Part shown: in pieces, positions 49,831-63,030 of the stretch | Layout of the letters: each line of letters opens with the position of its first letter | Numbering within the stretch: position 1 is the stretch's first letter | Source: Nemertoderma westbladi | Lineage: Eukaryota; Animalia; Xenacoelomorpha | Direction of reading: 5' to 3' | NCBI GenBank assembly: GCA_032718475.1 | Contig: JAUCBJ010006938.1 | Location: 87,026-151,025 of the forward strand | Length of the DNA stretch: 64,000 bases | The notes under the pieces: model-generated | Database searches by the model: none | Told to the model about the DNA's origin: nothing | Seen by the model: the letters and a program-made list of their open reading frames with translations, nothing else | Program-made: the position numbers and the translations under genes

Positions 49831-50453
49831 TGTAAGCGGATTCAATTCCCTTACATTACCCACCCGAAAATGGGACCAGTGGCATTTTACCAATAAAGTT
49901 GGCGATACGAGATTACCAATAATAATCTCGCCTCATAACAAATTCGGGGGGGGGGGGGATACAGGCCCTAAAGCCACCGAGAGAGATGAGAGGTCAAACC
50001 ACCTCACAGGGAGAACACAGCTAGTCGAGGCTAGCGGTAGGGGGTAACACTTACAGGGAGTGCCAAAGTGACAATTAGTATATAAGCCAATAGCGGGCAG
50101 GGGAGCATGTGGGGAAAGATAGGAAAGTATCCATTGGGTAGCAAAAGGCCAAAGTACAGTAGAGGTGAAACCAATATCTATGTGTATCAATCATATAGTT
50201 ATCCCGATTACTGATTTACCGGTCAGTCCATCACTTCATCACTTTACGCACTGCTGTTGTAATTCTGTATGGCAATTTCAATCATATACTGTTATACATT
50301 CTGTGCTATTATCAATGGAACATTAACATCGAGAGACACAAACTCTGTTATTTTTCCGACGGCCTTCGGCCAAAGATATAATTCCAGCAGCCCAGCAGAA
50401 AGTGACGCGTATAACCTAACGCGGTCGGGATCCTTGAACTCGATCCTGTCACA
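49831..50453 (+). mobile_element. Solo LTR (623 bp), same family group as 15686-16303
   Basis: TGTAAGCGGATTCAATTCC...GATCCTGTCACA; 5-bp TSD AGATT. Confidence 0.88.
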
Positions 50454-50596
50454 AGATTACCTGCATTACATTACGGGGCTTGTCGCATTGGGGGACATCG
50501 AGTGTTATGGTATTAACTAGGCTAGTCTAGTGACTCGGCTCAGGTTCAGCAATGGCTTGGTTGGTCGGGGTGGAACATTAGAGTAGACTAACAGAA

Positions 50597-51160
50597 TTGC
50601 TGGCTATAGTAAGGGTTTGGGGTGCTTTTTTGTTGAGTCAGCTCTTGGGGCAAATACCACACCCTGGTTTGTCATTCCAAAGGGAGGGTGTTGCAGTTGC
50701 GTCAGATATGCAGCCCATCACCCATACCTACTCTGAAGTAATGTTACCAGTTAATCTGCTGGGCCATGCTCTATATCCCTGCTGTCCAGTACAGGTCGCA
50801 GTGGAGTGCACTCAAATTGGAGATGATAGCACTCTTCCCAGAATGAAGGGGATCTTAGTTACAGCATCAGATTATGCCCCTAGTGAGAGGGTCTATGCAG
50901 CTATTGGAAGCACCTCCTTTATTTATACTGCATTGATGGGGAAAGTTTTCTGGATCAATGCCCCAGATTTTATGACCTGACCTGGATCTTCATATGTTAA
51001 ACCATCTTATCACCCATTCACCATTTCAAAGAAGTCCATAAATCCATTGCTGTCTTTCACAAGAGCCAAACAGAGGCAGTTGAGCAGTTTGACAACTCCA
51101 CTCGGGTTACCAGTTATTTTTATACAGAGTTTACAGTAATGTAAATGGGTGACCACCTTG
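50597..51160 (+). pseudogene. Highly decayed LINE APE endonuclease fragment
   Basis: REGVAVA, YAP and GDH-like remnants. Confidence 0.35.
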
Positions 51161-51582
51161 ACACCTCTCCTCTGGTTGCAGTCTCAAATTCTCAACAAGT
51201 TCTCTCAAATTCACAGGCCGATCATTTCTAAGGTGGCAGTGACCATCAACCATCGATTCATTATATTTATCAGGTGGAGCTCATAATATTTATTGTACAA
51301 TGCCTCATTTGTTAAGCAGGGTATATATTCTATGCTATTAACCCTGTGCATAATCCCACTGTATTGATTATGTCTTCTGCATTAAACCTGCTGCCCGGAG
51401 CTGCTGCATGTGATTTACTTTCTGAGAATGTGTGATTCCCCATGATTTCAATACCTTTGTTTGTTTATATAAAGAAGACCATGACTTACAGTTAATTTGT
51501 AGGGATCATTCCTTTCCAAATTTTTCTAATATTGTGTTAGGTTAATTAAATCCAAATTAAAGTTATCAGCTCCTTTATACAG

Positions 51583-51712
51583 ATGAAGCACTTGGGAAAA
51601 TAGAAGTATTTGAGCATCCCAATTATGAAGGAAAGGCCCTGACTTACTATGGAAACGTGCACAATGGTATGCTTTCTGAAAATGGAATGGAAGACAAGAT
51701 TTCATCCTTGAA
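51583..51712 (+). CDS. Host exon: beta/gamma-crystallin Greek-key motif
   Basis: tcctttatacAG acceptor (phase 1), GTTAGT donor; (D)EALGKIEVFEHPNYEGKALTYYGNVHNGMLSENGMEDKISSL. Confidence 0.78.
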
Positions 51713-52866
51713 GTTAGTTTATATATATATTATTATTCGTTGGTTAGTTTGATCTTCATTGTCCTGGGCCATGCCCCAAGCCGAGACCGGCTTATTAGAC
51801 ATAAAACAAAAAGTAATAACGTAAAAGTTGAAGTAAAAGTTCACACACAATTCATACAACAACTGATTACTGAAATATAAAGTCCTAATACATATTATAT
51901 ACCATTTACAAAAGCACATTACATCTTAAAAGCACATATAGAGGGAGAGGGCTGTTGCGCTGTCAGTCAAAGAGGTAACAGCCCATGGCATAAGGATTTA
52001 CCTCTGGGATCTGTATTAGGCAAAATAGCACTAGCTGTATAGGCCCACCAGTGCTGTACACAGTACAAGACCCCAAATTAAGCCTACATCTGTAAATAAT
52101 ACATGGTTTCGTGGTACAAGACCATATAAATTAGGCAAACATATGTAAATTGCTCGCCTTAGTTGCACAGATGTGCTGATTCTATATCATCCACTAACGG
52201 AATCTGGCAGCCTTGTTAGCTTATCCAATTCCGCTAACACAAACCCATAGAGTGAGCCATAAAGCAATATTGGGAGCACGAGGTTGATTACCAATCAACC
52301 TCGTGTCAGCCCAGTAAACGGGGACAATAGGCCCCAAAGGAGACACACACAATAAGGGTCAGGGGCCAAACCCCTAACCCAGAGAGAACACAGGGAGTGA
52401 AGGGAAACACTCCAAAGGGTGCCAACAGGGGTATCAACCAATCAGAGGGGGGAAAGGCATCGATTGAGTAGCAATAAGGCCACCGTGCAATATAACCAGT
52501 AACCTGTAATCATTCATTCAGTTTACTCAGTCAGATCAGTAGGGTGGAACGGGGACTTCTGTCACCGTCCGCTACCGCCATCATACTTATATTACCTGTT
52601 GTGTTATACTATATATATCAGACTATTATACCTTATACATATAACCGAACACCAGAACTCTTTTACCTTTCACACACGGCGGGGACGCGTGGATAGAAAA
52701 CCCAACGGATAAACCGGGATCCGTAGATCCCGTCACAGTGACAGAACTAGATCCGCCCAGCTGCCCTGACAGAGATAGAATCCTAGCAGCTGCCCTAACA
52801 GTCTGACAGTGATAGAACTAGATCTAACCAACTGACAGACTGTGGCTGCCAGCTACCAAAGGCGAG

Positions 52867-55800
52867 ATGAGTCGAGAGAAAGGAACGACACCGCCGCGGA
52901 CCCCGGACGACGATCTAACGATCCGCGAGGCCACGGCGAGACGATACGAACCCACGACGCCGGTCGATGCTACGCCGACCACGTCGACGCAGGTTGACGC
53001 CACGTCGATAACGAGCAACACGGCGAACCAAGATGTGGGGGGTCGTCTACCAGGAGAGAGCGAGTCGAGTAGAGGAGACGAGTCGGGAGGAGAAGAGAAA
53101 GACGAGTCGACGTGGAGCGAGGGTCGACGTACCGATGTCGCCGGTCAGCCACAGGCCGAGGACGACGAACGGTCCACCGGAACGGCGACGGTGGGGCCGT
53201 CGGTACGACGTCGGACCCGGAGAGACGGACGAGAGGTCGGCGACGAGGACGTCGGGGTTTCTGATCGACTTCGACGGGCCTACAACGCGACCCGGGAACT
53301 ACTAAAGGAGGCCAAGGAGGGGGCGAAGGTAGACGAGGTGAGACTGAGGAGACGACTAGGTGAGTCGAACAGGTACCTTGATCACCTAGTGTGTTCTGGG
53401 CAGAGAGAACTAGCCGAGGAGAGGGCGTGGGGAGTTGCCTTCGGACTGTTTGAACTATGGGAATGTGGGGGTATGGAGCCTAGTGTAGTGTACATAGGGC
53501 CATACTTAGTCGATGCCCGGGGAGCAAAATTAGTGGGTTGGAAGAGACCTGAGGAGGGCGAATCCGAGGTTAAACCCGAGGATTCGGTCTCGTCGGTCGG
53601 AGGAAGTTCCGGGAAGCGGGGGAAAGTTAGTAGGACGGAGGGGCGACAGGAGTCCGTCGCAACCGATAAGTCTGCTACATCCTCCGCAAAAGAAAGAAGG
53701 GTGCGGGAGAGATATCTAAAGTGTAAATTAGGAATGGCGGCGGCAGAGCAGGAACAGTTAGAGTGGCAATTGAGGAGTGAAACCGGATTATTAGAGTTGG
53801 CAAGGGAGAATAGAGAGAGAGCCGAGGAGCGAAGAGATCGGGAGATGAGAGTAGAGAGCGAGCCGGCGAAGTGGTTTGATATGCTTGCGAGAGAGACGGC
53901 CGAGCGAAGTTTACGAGGGTACAGAGAGAGAGAGATAGAGAAAGAGCATCACCGGGATGATTTGTGTGCCCGGATAGGGAGGCTTGCGCAATATCAAGCC
54001 AAACTTAAACGGCGCCGACTAGAACTGGCGCGGTTGGAGATATCAGAGAGTGAGCCCCCACTTACGGGCACCGGGCGACAGAGCCAGAACTGGTGTAGCC
54101 GTACGGGCGGGGGGTGTAGTAGTAGTACGTTAGAGACAGTTAATGTTAATAGTACCGTAGTAAATAACCCTAATCCCTTTATTACAGGAAATAATATTTT
54201 ACCGGGTAGTAGTAATTTAAATTTAAATACAAATATTCTAAATAATAATTTCAATTCAAACCCGCAAAATAATTCGGATAATAATTTAAGTCTAGAGAAT
54301 AGTAGTGATCTAAGTAATTTAAATAATTTAAATAATAATCCCGTTTCAAATTCTAATTTAATTGATTTAACAAATAATATTGGGAATGGTGCTATTAATG
54401 TGAGCGTGTCGGACGTACATAACCCGGCAGACGGGGGCCTGGTAGGCCACGTAGTTAGTAGGCAGGAGGTAGCGGGGTTGAGCCAACCCGAAGTAGGCCT
54501 GATGGGCCACGCAGTAGTAGAGAGAGAGGCGGGGGTGAATAGACCCAGCCGTAGTAGAGACAGTGCGTCGACTAGAGAGGGGTGTAGAGACGAAGTAAGA
54601 GATATTGAAGTTAGATGTGGCGGGTGGGGGGGGGGCTACGGGCGCCCCACCAAATAAGATTAGTGGCGAGACAGGGGGGGCAGAGAATGCCCCACAAGAG
54701 GGGTGTAGAAGTGTAGTAAGAGGTAGTGAAGTTAGAAGTGGCGGGTGGGGGGGGGGGGCTACGGACACCCCACCGAGAGAAGTTAGTAGAGAGAGAGGGG
54801 GGGCAGAGAGTGTCCCACAGCCGTCAGCGGATAATGCGCGGGCCGAATCAGGTAAACCGCAACACCCGGCGACGGAGAGTAATAGGGGGATTGCGAGTAT
54901 CCCCAGCGGCGTGCGATCGAGCAGAGAGAGGCAGGTTGACGTCGCGAGAGGGCAGGCAAAGCGTCGAGCCCGACCAGAAGAGAGAAGAAGAACAGTGGAG
55001 TTTAACCGGGAGGTCGACGAGAGACCTCACGAGCCGGAATACTACACAGAAAAGAGAAGAAGAGAAGATAGTAGAAGAAGTGTCGCCACGAATGATAGGA
55101 GTGCGAGGACGGATAACGAACCGTCGATAGTAGAGATGGAGTCAGGGAGCCAGTGGGGTCGAACTTCGGGAGATTGCCGTCGCCCCGGAGAAACGCACCG
55201 CACGCCAAGAGAGGGGTACAAGACGTACCAATACAGAGTTGAGAACAGGAGAGGGGATCGGAGAGAAGCTTCCCGACGGGATATAGCTGCCGATCGAGAG
55301 TGCAGTAGTCGCGGGGAGATTCGAGATTCGCGAAGAATAAACGTCGGTTCGGAAGGGCACATGCAGACTGCAGGACATACTGTAGGCCTTACTGCACATA
55401 CTATTATAGGCCATGCTGGGAGAGATAGAGTAGGCGATGGGATAGCGCGAACGACGGGATTAAACCCGGAAGTCGCGGAGTACATACCGGTAGGTAGGCG
55501 AGAGGTAGGTAGGCCTATATCGGTACAGCAGCATGACTATAATAATACACAGGGACATAACATATATCCAGGGGAGGGGGGAGTTATTGGAGATAGACGT
55601 ATGGGCCCCAATATATTAACATCAACCCCAGTACCAAACATACCGGCTGGGGGGGGACAGGGTGACATTCCCCCATCACAATATCGACAATGTACCCCGA
55701 TAGGAGCGAGAACATCGAACTCCCTGGACGAGAACAGGTCGTGCGGACAGTCACCACCACACGCGGCCGTACAGGGGACTGCTAGTCCACAGTTAGGTGG

Positions 55801-56515
55801 TAGCAGGGCCACACCGTGGCGGGGACAGAAAGAAAATAACACCATAAATAAACACAATCCCAATATACCCAGTAGGCCGAGTCTAGACAACCAAAACATT
55901 AAATCGGTACATATAAACCTAAGCGCGATACGTGAAGGACTATACAGGAAACGCTATAATCCAGGATTCCAATGTCAATTACATCGGGACGGAACCCATA
56001 AGACCAGGAGTTGTAAATACTGGCAAGCGTTGCCCAAACGAGATCGTGTAGCCTACACAGACGCAAACGGACTATGTCATCGATGTGTGGTAAAAGGACA
56101 CAGATCCGGAGAGTGTTGGAAAGGGATAGGATGTGAAAGGACTAGACCAGGGGCAGAGAAGCCCATGAGCAAACATAAGGGAGTCGGGAAAGTAGAAGGA
56201 GGCGTGTTGCATACACACGCAGGACGGACACAGTGCGAGGGGGCATTGCACGGGCAGACACCGCGTATACCGAGGGACGAGCGGGGGTCGTCGAGGGCTT
56301 TAATGCCAGCGCACATACGAAGGGGGAGGCCAGCAAAGGTGGCACCGAAGAGAGTGTGGCGAAGAGTTAGAGGACGTATAGGAGGGCAGCAGGAGAGTGC
56401 CTACTGGAAGAAGGGGCACCTGAGAGTTTTTAGTCGTCCAAAGTTTTGGACTGAGGGGGGTGGGAATGAGGGCGAGACGCCCTTCCCACGCACAAAATAT
56501 AAAATAATTATTTAA
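52867..56515 (+). CDS. Gag-like protein (about 1200 aa if the 1-bp indel in the G-run near 54630 is repaired)
   Basis: ORFs 52867-54657 and 54605-56515; coiled-coil, Asn-rich tract, BEL-like knuckles CQLH...H...C and LCHRCVVKGHRSGEC. Confidence 0.7.
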
Positions 56516-56544
56516 TTAAATAAAATAATTAAATAATAAAGTAG

Positions 56545-56744
56545 GTAGAAGTTAGGTAGTTAGGAGTTAGTTAGTAGGTACGTAGTACCTAGTTAGAGAG
56601 TTAGTAGGTACGTAGTACCTAGTTAGAGAGTTAGTAGGTACGTAGTACCTAGTTAGAGAGTTAGTAGGTACGTAGTACCTAGTCAGAGAGTTAGTAGGTA
56701 CGTAGTACCTAGTCAGAGAAGTTAGTCAAGAGGTACGTATTACC

Positions 56745-56778
<34 letters not shown>

Positions 56779-58480
56779 AAGTAGGTACGTAGTACCTAGA
56801 GTTAGTTAGAGAGTCAGTAGGTACGTGGTACCTAGTTAGAGTTAGAGTTAGTAGGTACGTAGTACCTAGAGTTAGTTAGAGAGTCAGTAGGTACGTGGTA
56901 CCTAGTTAGAGTTAGAGTTAGTAGGTACGTGGTACCTAGTTAGAGTTAGAGCTAGAGGGTACGTAGTACCGCTAGAAGAGTTAGTAGGAGGGTACGTGTA
57001 GTACCGTTAGTAGAAGAGAGTTAGAGGGTACGTAAGTACCGCTAGTTAGTTAGAGTTAGAGGGTACGTAAGTACCGCTAGCTAGTAGAGAGAGTTAGAAG
57101 TAGTGAGAGGGTACGTGTAGTACCGTTAGTAGAAGAGTTAGTAAGAGGGTACGTGTAGTACCGTTAGTAGAAGAGTTAGTAGGAGGGTACGTGTAGTACC
57201 GTTAGTAGAAGAGTTAGAGGGTACGTAAGTACCGCTAGTTAGTAGAGTTAGAGGGTACGTAAGTACCGCTAGTTAGTAGAGTTAGAGGGTACGTAAGTAC
57301 CGCTAGGTAGTTAGAGTTAGAGGGTACGTAAGTACCGCTAGTTAGAGTAAGAGTTAGAGGGTATGCAGTACCGTTAGAGAATAGGAGTTAAGGGGTACGC
57401 AGTACCGTTAGAGAGTAAGAGTAGTAAGAGGGTACGTAGTACCGCTAGTTAGGGGTGTTAGTAGTAGCAGTAGAGGGTTGTGGGCACCGTAAGCGCCACG
57501 TAGTTAGAGTTAGTAGGGAATGCGCTGAACTTAGTGGGGCACGGGCGTGATGACGTGTTTGATGTAAGAGCAGGGTATGTTAATTAGGGTGGGTGCCGGG
57601 CACAAGAGGTGCCGGGCACAAAAAGAGTTAGTAGTAGAGTTAGTTGAGTTAGTAGTAGAGTTAGTTGAGTTAGTAGAGAGTTAGTAGAGTTAGAAGGTGC
57701 CGGGCACAAGAGGTGCGGGCACAAAAAGAGTTGGTAGAGTTAGAAGGTGCCGGGCACAAGAGGTGCCGGGCACAAAAAGAGTTAGTAGAGTTAGAAGAGA
57801 GTTAGTAGAGTCAGTAGTAGTTCACATAATTAACGTACCCACTCTGCCGGCACTCAGAGCGTCACGTGTAGGCGACTAGACGTAAAGGGAGTAGATGTAA
57901 AGGAGGTAAGTTAGAGATAGAGTAGAGGAGTACAGACGGGCACATAGGGTGCCAGGTAGTAGAGTTAGAGAGGTAGTAGTGTAGTAGAGAGGGCACATAG
58001 GGTGCCAGGTAGTAGAGTTAGAGAGGTAGTAGTGTAGTAGAGAGGGCACATAGGGTGCCAGGTAGTAGAATAGAGTAGAGAGGGCACATAGGGTGCCAGG
58101 TAGTAGAGCTAGAGAGGTAGCTGAGTAGTAGAAGGGCACACAGGGTGCCAGATAGTAGAATGGTTGTGGGCACCGCAAGCGCCACGTAGTTAGAAGAGTG
58201 GAGTAGAGTTAGTAGAGCTAGTTAGTAGAGTTAGCAGAGCTAGTGGAGTAGAGTCAGTAGAGCTAGTTAACAGAGTTGGTAGACTCAGAGGAGTCAAGTA
58301 GAGTTAGTAGAAGTAGAAAGTTAGTAGGAGTTAGTTAGACTTAGTAGAGAGTTAGAGTCAGTAGAAAGTTAGTGGCTCTCAGTTAGAGCTAGAAGTAGTA
58401 AGAGTTAGTAGTTAGCAGAGTTAGTTAGATAGTTAGAGTTAGTAAGCAGTAGGTAGATGGTATGATAGCACAGGGGTAAC
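56545..58480 (+). repeat. Purine-skewed tandem array of short inverted repeats
   Basis: About 25 GGTAC-N3-5-GTACC units (56575-57445), then GTGCCGGGCAC and GGCAC-N5-GTGCC units, in (AGTT/AGAG)n spacers. Confidence 0.9.
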
Positions 58481-59559
58481 ATTAGAGGTCAGGGCCTTAG
58501 AGAGTGGCAGAGAGTAGAGAGGAGATAGTGAGAAGAGCTGTTGGCGAGAAGTTAGAGTGCGATTCAGGTGTGGGGAGAGTGTAAGAGTGGGGAGAGAGCG
58601 AGTTGAGTCAGAGAGCGGAGTTAGAGTGGTGAGAGTGTTGGGGAAACAAAAATTGTGTGAGAGAAGCGCACGATCGGCCCGACACGAGACGCCAGAGGGT
58701 AGTGACATCATACCCATAGGGAGCGGCCTGGAAAGCCGACTCCGAAAAAATAGACCCACCCCACACCCGATAATAGATCGGGATCCAGCGGAATTGTAGC
58801 GCACTTGAGTTGGATGCTATCTTCTTACCGGGAAGATAGCATGGGGGGGAGTGTTAGCTTATCCAATTCCGCTAACACAAACCCATAGAGTGAGCCATAA
58901 AGCAATATTGGGAGCACGAGGTTGATTACCAATCAACCTCGTGTCAGCCCAGTAAACGGGGACAATAGGCCCCAAAGGAGACACACACAATAAGGGTCAG
59001 GGGCCAAACCCCTAACCCAGAGAGAACACAGGGAGTGAAGGGAAACACTCCAAAGGGTGCCACCAGGGGTATCAACCAATCAGAGGGGGGAAAGGCATCG
59101 ATTGAGTAGCAATAAGGCCACCGTGCAATATAACCAGTAACCTGTAATCATTCATTCAGTTTACTCAGTCAGATCAGTAGGGTGGAACGGGGACTTCTGT
59201 CACCGTCCGCTACCGCCATCATACTTATATTACCTGTTGTGTTATACTATATATATATCAGACTATTATACCTTATACATATAACCGAACACCAGAACTC
59301 TTTTACCTTTCACACACGGCGGGGACGCGTGGATAGAAAACCCAACGGATAAACCGGGATCCGTAGATCCCGTCACAAGCCTGGAACTAGACTGCTACAA
59401 AAACTGATGCGACAGAGCGAGGTGCCGTTAGGCCTAACATTTCTCAGAAGCGGGTCCTCCAACACTCAATTTCAAGATAACATAATACGAGTATACCAGT
59501 AGTTGAATTACATGATACTGCAATACTAACTGCCAGAAAGTAGAATGTGCATTAGATCC

Positions 59560-62500
59560 AGGAGGTAGGATAGTCACTAACTCCTACAGCTGAAGCAATG
59601 TGTGTGGGCAACCGAGACCCACCTAACACCAACAGCGCTCTGGAAGACAATTCTTCAGACGAGGATGAGTTGTCTCAACTTGAAGCTGCCACTTCCAGGT
59701 TGGAGTTGGTTGGACTATCGACCGACAATACGGAAAATCCCAAAGTTATTTGCGAACTGCTATGTTTTGTGCAGTTTCAAATTTCCTCGATGGACAAAAC
59801 TTCACTCGTTTCAGTTGTTTCAAATTTATACTCCCTCTCTGAGGTAGTGGCTGCCAAAAGAATCCTCTTTGATGAAGTGGGTAAATATGCTTTTGCCAAT
59901 CGCCCTCTGCCTGCGATTTAAGCCGCATGTATCCGCTGACTTGGTTAAAAACTTCTTAACTTTAAACTTAACGTAGATGTGGACATTGTTGAGAATCCTA
60001 ATAAAATCAACAATTCGTATAACTCCTTTATTGTGAGCCCACCAGATGAGTCTTCCTTCTCTACACTCCTACAGTTGGATTCTTGGCCAAAGGGTATAAT
60101 TGTTAAGCGCTTTTGGCCTGTGCCGCGATCCGGCGTCGCCAAACCAACATCCTAACCATCTTCGACACGCAGGGTGGTTGAGTCAGCAGTAGCCTGATAG
60201 GTTGCTGATATGGTTCTGTTTCTCTGGACTTCTACTTCTTTTTTTTATATATAGTATAACTTTTGTTCTCATATCTTTTAGAGTGAAACTCATCATTGAT
60301 CATAAACTTAACATTAACAATGGCTATCCTAAACCCACTTAGAATTGCACTTATAACTGCAGTGGCCTAAATAATAACCCTGATGTCATTAAGGCAATAT
60401 GTGACTCGCATGACGTCGATTATTACAGGAAACTTGGTTGGTGAAACAAAAATTTCCCAATTTAAATTCCCTCCATAATGACTTTTTTGGTTCAGGTGTA
60501 TTTTCCATCAATTTGGCAGATGGTCCGTTGGTCGGCCGTCCTTATGGCGGGTTGGCTGTTTTATGGCGCAAACATTTATCCAGTTCAATAAATATAGTCA
60601 ATATTAATGAAAGAATTATTTGTTGTACTATTAAAAGTGCTGACGGTTCTAGCACCCTGTTACTGAATGTATATGTGCCTTGTGAATCACCTTGATAATT
60701 TAGATTTGTATCTAGAGTTGTTAGGTGAATGTTCTGCATACATTGCTGAGCATCCAGGTTCTAAATGTGCTATATTGGGAGACTTTAATACTGCTCCCGA
60801 TCGACCCTTTGGTAATGAACTGAAATTATTTTGTGATTGTTTTTCATTGATATGGTCAGATTTACATATTTTACCTAATGATACTTTTTCATTTACTAGC
60901 CATGTACGTACATGGCACAGTGTCGTGGTTAGACCACATCGTTTCTACTGCTGACTTTCATTCCTCTATTAGTAATAATACTGTCCTACGTGATCTTGTT
61001 TATGATCAACATTTACCCGTCTCAGTGACTGTATCTTTGCTGCTTAGTGCGTCTACACCAGGCAGTAGTAATAAGGTCACTTTTACCAATAACGCAAATT
61101 AACGGGATAAAGCCAGTGGTGAAAATATTTAAAAATATTCTCAAACTGTTGATGAACAACTATGTTTATTACAGTTACCCCTTACTGCTTTAACGTGTTG
61201 TGATATTCATTGTGAGAATATTAATCATAAAATGTCACTAAATTCGTGTTATACTGATACTATTAATATTCTACATAGCTGTACGGCTAAATTTAGTTCG
61301 CAAAAAAGGGGTAATTCGGTCTCCAATTGCATTCCGGGTTGGAATAAGTTTGTAAAAGAAAAGCAGGCTGCAGCACAGGAGGCATTTCATATTTGGTGCG
61401 AACAAGAGCAGCCTAGGTTTGGGCTTGTTTGGGAGGTAAAGAAAAAAACGGCCGCGCAATTTAAATTGGCTCTCCGAAATTGCAAAAGGGAGGAAGGTGC
61501 TTTGCGAGCAGATCGCCTAGCCGCTTCCTTTATTAATTCATGAAAAGATTTTTGGAGTTCACTAAAAAAAGCAACAACTACTAAAATGGGTTTAGCAACT
61601 CTGTCGGTTCCGCCCACACTGAGGAAGAAATTGCCGATTTGTTCAAATCTAATTATTATGATATTATTAATTCTGTCCCTGTATCTGAAATTGACTCTAC
61701 TTTTGTGCAGTTTAAGTTTTCTGAATGGGACGGCTCCAATAATGTCCATATTTCTGCTGATAAGGTGAAAGAAGCCATCAATGGTCTGCAGAGTGGAAAG
61801 GCTGCCGGGCCTTACGACATCTTCCCTGAAAGTTATATTTTTGGTGGTAACCTTTTGCCAGTAATTTTGTGTTTACTGTTCAATTCTTTTATAACTCATG
61901 GGTTAATTATTTCTAGTTTGTTGCTTATTATTAAAGATAAAAACGCTAGTATAAGTGAACGTTCGAATTACCAACCCATAGCCAAAGCTACAGCTGGCTC
62001 AACGGTATTGGAAACGTGTTTCAAGTGCTCAATATCATGCTTTCCAATATATCTGACAACCAGTTCAGTTTTGCAGATGGCCTAGGTACAGAAATGTGTA
62101 TTTTTGTCTTAAAACAAACAATTCACTTATACATTAGTAAAGACTCACCTGTGTATACTGCTCTCTTAGACGCCTCGAAAGCGTTTGACCATATTAATCA
62201 TAGTAAACTTTTTCGAAAGCTAATTGAACTAGGTGTATCTATTGGTATTGTAAGACTCCTCGCATTTTGGTATTCTCACCAACTAATTTGTATTAGCTGG
62301 GTTTCTGCTACTTCCGGTGCATTTTTGGTTTCAAATGGTGTCCGTCAAGGAAGTTTACTCAGCCCCCTCTTATTTAACATTTATATGAATGTGTAGAATG
62401 ATATGTGTAGAACTAAACAAATCTAATGTTGGATGTAATGTTGGAATAATTCTTTTAAATCACTTATTTTACGCAGATGACCTGTGTTTACTGTCACTGA

Positions 62501-63030
62501 GTATTTTTGGGTTACGAGCACTAGTCAAGATATGTGAGTGTTATGGTGCTAAATTTGATATTTTGTTCAATCCACTCAAATCACACTGTTTGTATTTTTT
62601 GCCTTATCGTTTTTACCGTGCAGGTGACATCTATCTCAATGGAAAACCTTTAGACTGTGTTAAGCAGGTATCATACTATTATGAGCTGTGACCTTTCTGA
62701 TGAATCAGACATGAATAAAATTAAATCTTCTTTATTTTGTCGAGGTAATTTGTTAGTTAGAAATTTCTCTCAGTGTTCTCTTGGTGTTAAATTATGTTTG
62801 TTCAAAACTTATTGCTACAGTTTATATTGCTGCTCTTTGTGGTCTATTTTCCGTGTACAAAACTTTGCGACAAGTGAAAGTAGCAAATAACATGTGTTTT
62901 TGTCTGTTGTTTAAATACTCCCGTAGTGAAGATGCAGACACAATTTTTGTTAATAATAGAGTAAATAACTTTAATGCCATTATGCGCAAAGTTATATTTT
63001 CCTTGTTAAACAGAGTGAAAAGTCCAGTTG
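59560..63030 (+). mobile_element. Decayed LINE, RTEX-like (ORF1, APE, RT)
   Basis: ORF1-like ICELLCFVQ...AKRILF, WPKGIIVKRF; APE YNC, QETWL, GRPYGG, GDFN, WLDH; RT LDASKAFD, GVRQGSLLSP, YADD; many stops. Confidence 0.82.

Larger units (their letters stand above)
52214..59377 (+). mobile_element. Young non-autonomous gag-only LTR element (BEL-like)
   Basis: LTRs 52214-52737 and 58852-59377 differ by about one substitution and a 2-bp indel; 5-bp TSD AGCCT; PPT GGGGGGGAG; no pol. Confidence 0.92.

Noticed and set aside
56575-57445. CRISPR-like repeat/spacer appearance
   Set aside because: Spacers are low-complexity and related to each other, there are no cas genes, and the array lies inside a eukaryotic LTR element
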